From Neoechinorhynchus agilis (taxonomy: Eukaryota > Animalia > Acanthocephala), in NCBI GenBank assembly GCA_051530055.1, contig CM121342.1, positions 4,215,489-4,279,488 of the forward strand: a stretch of 64,000 nucleotides of DNA, read 5' to 3'. Made by a program: the position numbers and the translations under genes. How positions within the stretch are numbered: the stretch's first letter is position 1; each line of letters starts with the position of its first letter. Under the pieces are notes generated by a model. It was given only the letters and a program-made list of their open reading frames with translations, was not told where the DNA came from and did no database searches. Shown here in pieces: positions 61,501 through 64,000 of the stretch.

Positions 61501-63780
61501 CGACAGTGTGTAAGCAAATAACAATCATTGTTGTCGATGTAAACGACAATTTCCCCATATTCTCAAATTTATCAGCCAACAAATGCGACTGTACTGCACA
61601 GAATCGGTTAGAATGCAAAATCGAAGCTTACGATGTCGATATTGGACTTAATGGTGATATTATTTATGGAATAGAAGATGGATATAAGTCGATAGAGGTT
61701 GATCCTTCAAATGGAACAATAAAATGTCTGCCTTCAAAATACACAAACAATCAAATCGTCACCTATAACGCAAATATCAGTGCATGCGACCAAGGATTTT
61801 CTCCAAAATGTTCATACACGAGTGTTCAGTTAAAAGTGTTCAAGGAACAGATAATCTGCAATCAACAAGAGACGGTTAGACTAGAGAAGATAAACATCAC
61901 GATTCCGATTTTTACCGTTTGTCTTAAGAGAAACGTACCTTTACATGTTTTAGCCACAAATCCTTCATATATTTCTGATCACATTGAACTTCACAATCGA
62001 TCGATCTATTTGTCAAAATGGTTTTGTTGTGTTCCACAGTTTGAAGTCTATCTTGCAGCTATGAGAAAAAACGCAAATGATACCGAGGAAGCTGTGATAA
62101 AGTTCGTCGTTCATCCTTATGCATTTCAAAAGGCAATAAGATTCAATACCCAAATCGACGTTTATCAGTCCGTGAGTACTTTGCGCAATCGTGACACTCA
62201 ATTTGTTGGTTATGCTGTAAGCTTACCTCCTTTTTTGGAGTGCTCGCTTAGCTTTTCGCAGTTGATTCCACATCCTGATTTTTCTGTTCAACCTTTAACT
62301 GGTATTATAAGGTTTCGATATTCAAAAACATCTCCTAGAAGTATCCAGAGTGGATTAATAGTCGCTGCCCATCCGATTTGTGATGGATTTTAAGGCGTCC
62401 ATTTGTTCGATAATGTGTTTTTGCGCTTCGAATTTACACCATTGTCTTTGATTTCAATCGGAGGGGGGAATTCCAATTTATTGATAGTTGCAACCTTATT
62501 AACGTCCCCGAGACTGGATTAATTTACAATACCTGAAGAGGTCTGCATGCAGACGAAAATTCGTACAAATCAGTCATCGAGGAGGTTAGTAAGGTTGCAA
62601 CTTACTAAAATCAATCTTTTGATCCGGTCTAAAATTATACTTATGACTTCCCACACTTTGTGATCTTTGAATGGTTGCAAATGGACGCTCAACACTTTTC
62701 CATCCGTTAGATCGGTGCTCCACATAAAAGTTCAAAACAATGCTCGACTACTAGAAAAGTCAAATTTGACATTAACGGTACAAAACCGATCTAATGTTGA
62801 AAGTATACTCACAAACGGAAGCGAAGTACTATTTGGGCTTGTTGAGAATTCGATTGGTCATTATGACGCCCTGATTGGCTCCATGAGCACTGATTCGATC
62901 ATTGGAAGGTCACTTGGAAGAGCAGACTCAATGTATCTTCTTCAAAATCCCAGTCGTCCACATCTCTTTGATTGTGAGGACAGTCCAAAAGGCGGAAAAT
63001 GCATTACGCTTCAAGTTATAGATGTTTTTTCGAAGCGCGAACTTTCTCGAAGAGTTGACGATGGAGAAAAATGCAGAAAAAATACAAGAATTAGGATTTT
63101 TAATGACACACATAACCTTTTTCGTCTCAATCGTCAAAACCATTCGATCGATGTTAATTCTGCTCTTAATTTGTCTGCGGTTAATTGGCTCAATGAATGC
63201 CAGATAGAAATGAGTTTAAAGACAAAAAGTTCTGATGGATCTCTAGTTTGTATTAGAGATAGTCGGATGATTTTACTGCTCGTGAAGATCGAATGGAATA
63301 TAGTCCGCCTGCTCATAAATTGTAAGGGAAGGTTTGTACGAAAAGCAATAGAAAATTTAAAGATATCCGACGGTCATTGGCACGATTTACGTTTGCAATA
63401 TTTCCCAAATGAGGTTAAACTCCGCATTGACAAAGTCTTCTATGTATCGTCTTTTTGTTCTGAGACTCACATTAATGATCAGTTGGACGTAAAGAATGTT
63501 CAATTAAGTATAGGAGGATGCGTTATAGAGTAAGTTTTGCATTTATTTGAACATTGTCACTAAATTCAAATTTAGTAAAAGATCAAAAGTGCAAGGAATT
63601 AGTGGTTGCTTAGGCAATGTATCCATCAATGGTGCTCATCTACCACAAAATGGATACGATTTCAAAAACGGTATCGGATGCCTTGAAGGTATAAAAAAAG
63701 TTTTATCTTTTTTTGTGAGAAAAATTCGCTCTACTTTATTTAGAATTATAAGTCTAATAGTAAAATTTTTTAACGAATAA
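52567..63780 (+). CDS. Very large divergent cadherin-superfamily protein with a laminin-G-like region (Fat/Flamingo-like); probably continues past the window
   Basis: Signal-like MVCTMFVQMIMIQLLVLA. Exon 52567-55627 splices in phase to 56650. Cadherin motifs: FYIDPDKG, AFDPDGG..ISYTL, DVNDHPPIF, LDRE, DVNDNFPIF, AYDVDIGLNG. LamG-like: SDGHWH, LSIGG, GISGCLGNVSING. Confidence 0.85.
55670..56556. repeat. Nested direct and inverted repeats in cadherin intron 1
   Basis: 55670-56112 is repeated at 56118-56494 with a ~70-nt deletion. 55996-56066 is inverted at 56485-56556. Confidence 0.92.
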
Positions 63781-63994
63781 TCTTTTTATTGTTTCTTTTT
63801 TTAAAGGACAATTTTAGATTAAATCGTCCCCCGGACGCTGGCCGCAATTCCTCGTTGGATTGCGAGGCTTCCCTGATCCAAAGAATAAGCCTCGCAATCC
63901 AACGAGGAAATGCGGCCAGCGTCCGGGGGACGATTTAATCTAAAATTGTCCTTTAAAAAAAGAAACAATAAAAAGATTATTCGTTTAAAAAAAA
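63766..63994. mobile_element. Fold-back insertion made of two head-to-head CRE 3' ends
   Basis: Arms 63766-63870 and 63887-63994 with a 16-nt spacer. The right arm reads LIQRISLAIQRGNAASVRGTI* + AATAAA + A8; the left arm is its reverse complement, ending in T6. aatagtaa flanks both sides in direct orientation. Confidence 0.9.
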
Positions 63995-64000
63995 TAGTAA

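Overview
This is eukaryotic, almost certainly metazoan, genomic DNA. It is AT-rich and gene-dense, with default introns of only ~39-55 nt (GT-AG). Genes I can support: COX5B, a SNAP-25-family SNARE, three copies of an unrecognised two-exon secreted Gly/Cys/Pro-rich prepropeptide, SLC25A32, an NKCC/NCC-type SLC12, an ABCC4-like transporter, a 4-EF-hand protein and a giant divergent cadherin with a laminin-G region. Three more genes are missed or fragmented by the ORF track: a selenoprotein GPX4 (in-frame UGA plus type II SECIS), an 8-exon METTL17/RSM22 and one spliced orphan gene. About 23% of the window (~14.6 kb) is ten unrelated tandem arrays with 130-296 bp units and 4-19 copies, lying in 5' flanks, intergenic gaps and introns. 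CRE-clade (RT + restriction-like endonuclease) non-LTR retrotransposon remnants are scattered throughout. The three most unusual observations are: (1) a head-to-head fold-back of two CRE 3' ends, each with its own A-tail, inside an apparent target-site duplication; (2) a 972-bp block carrying the peptide gene whose same end is fused to two different CRE elements; (3) the library of locally born, roughly nucleosome-sized tandem arrays. All coordinates, translations and counts were done by hand; no database searches were run.
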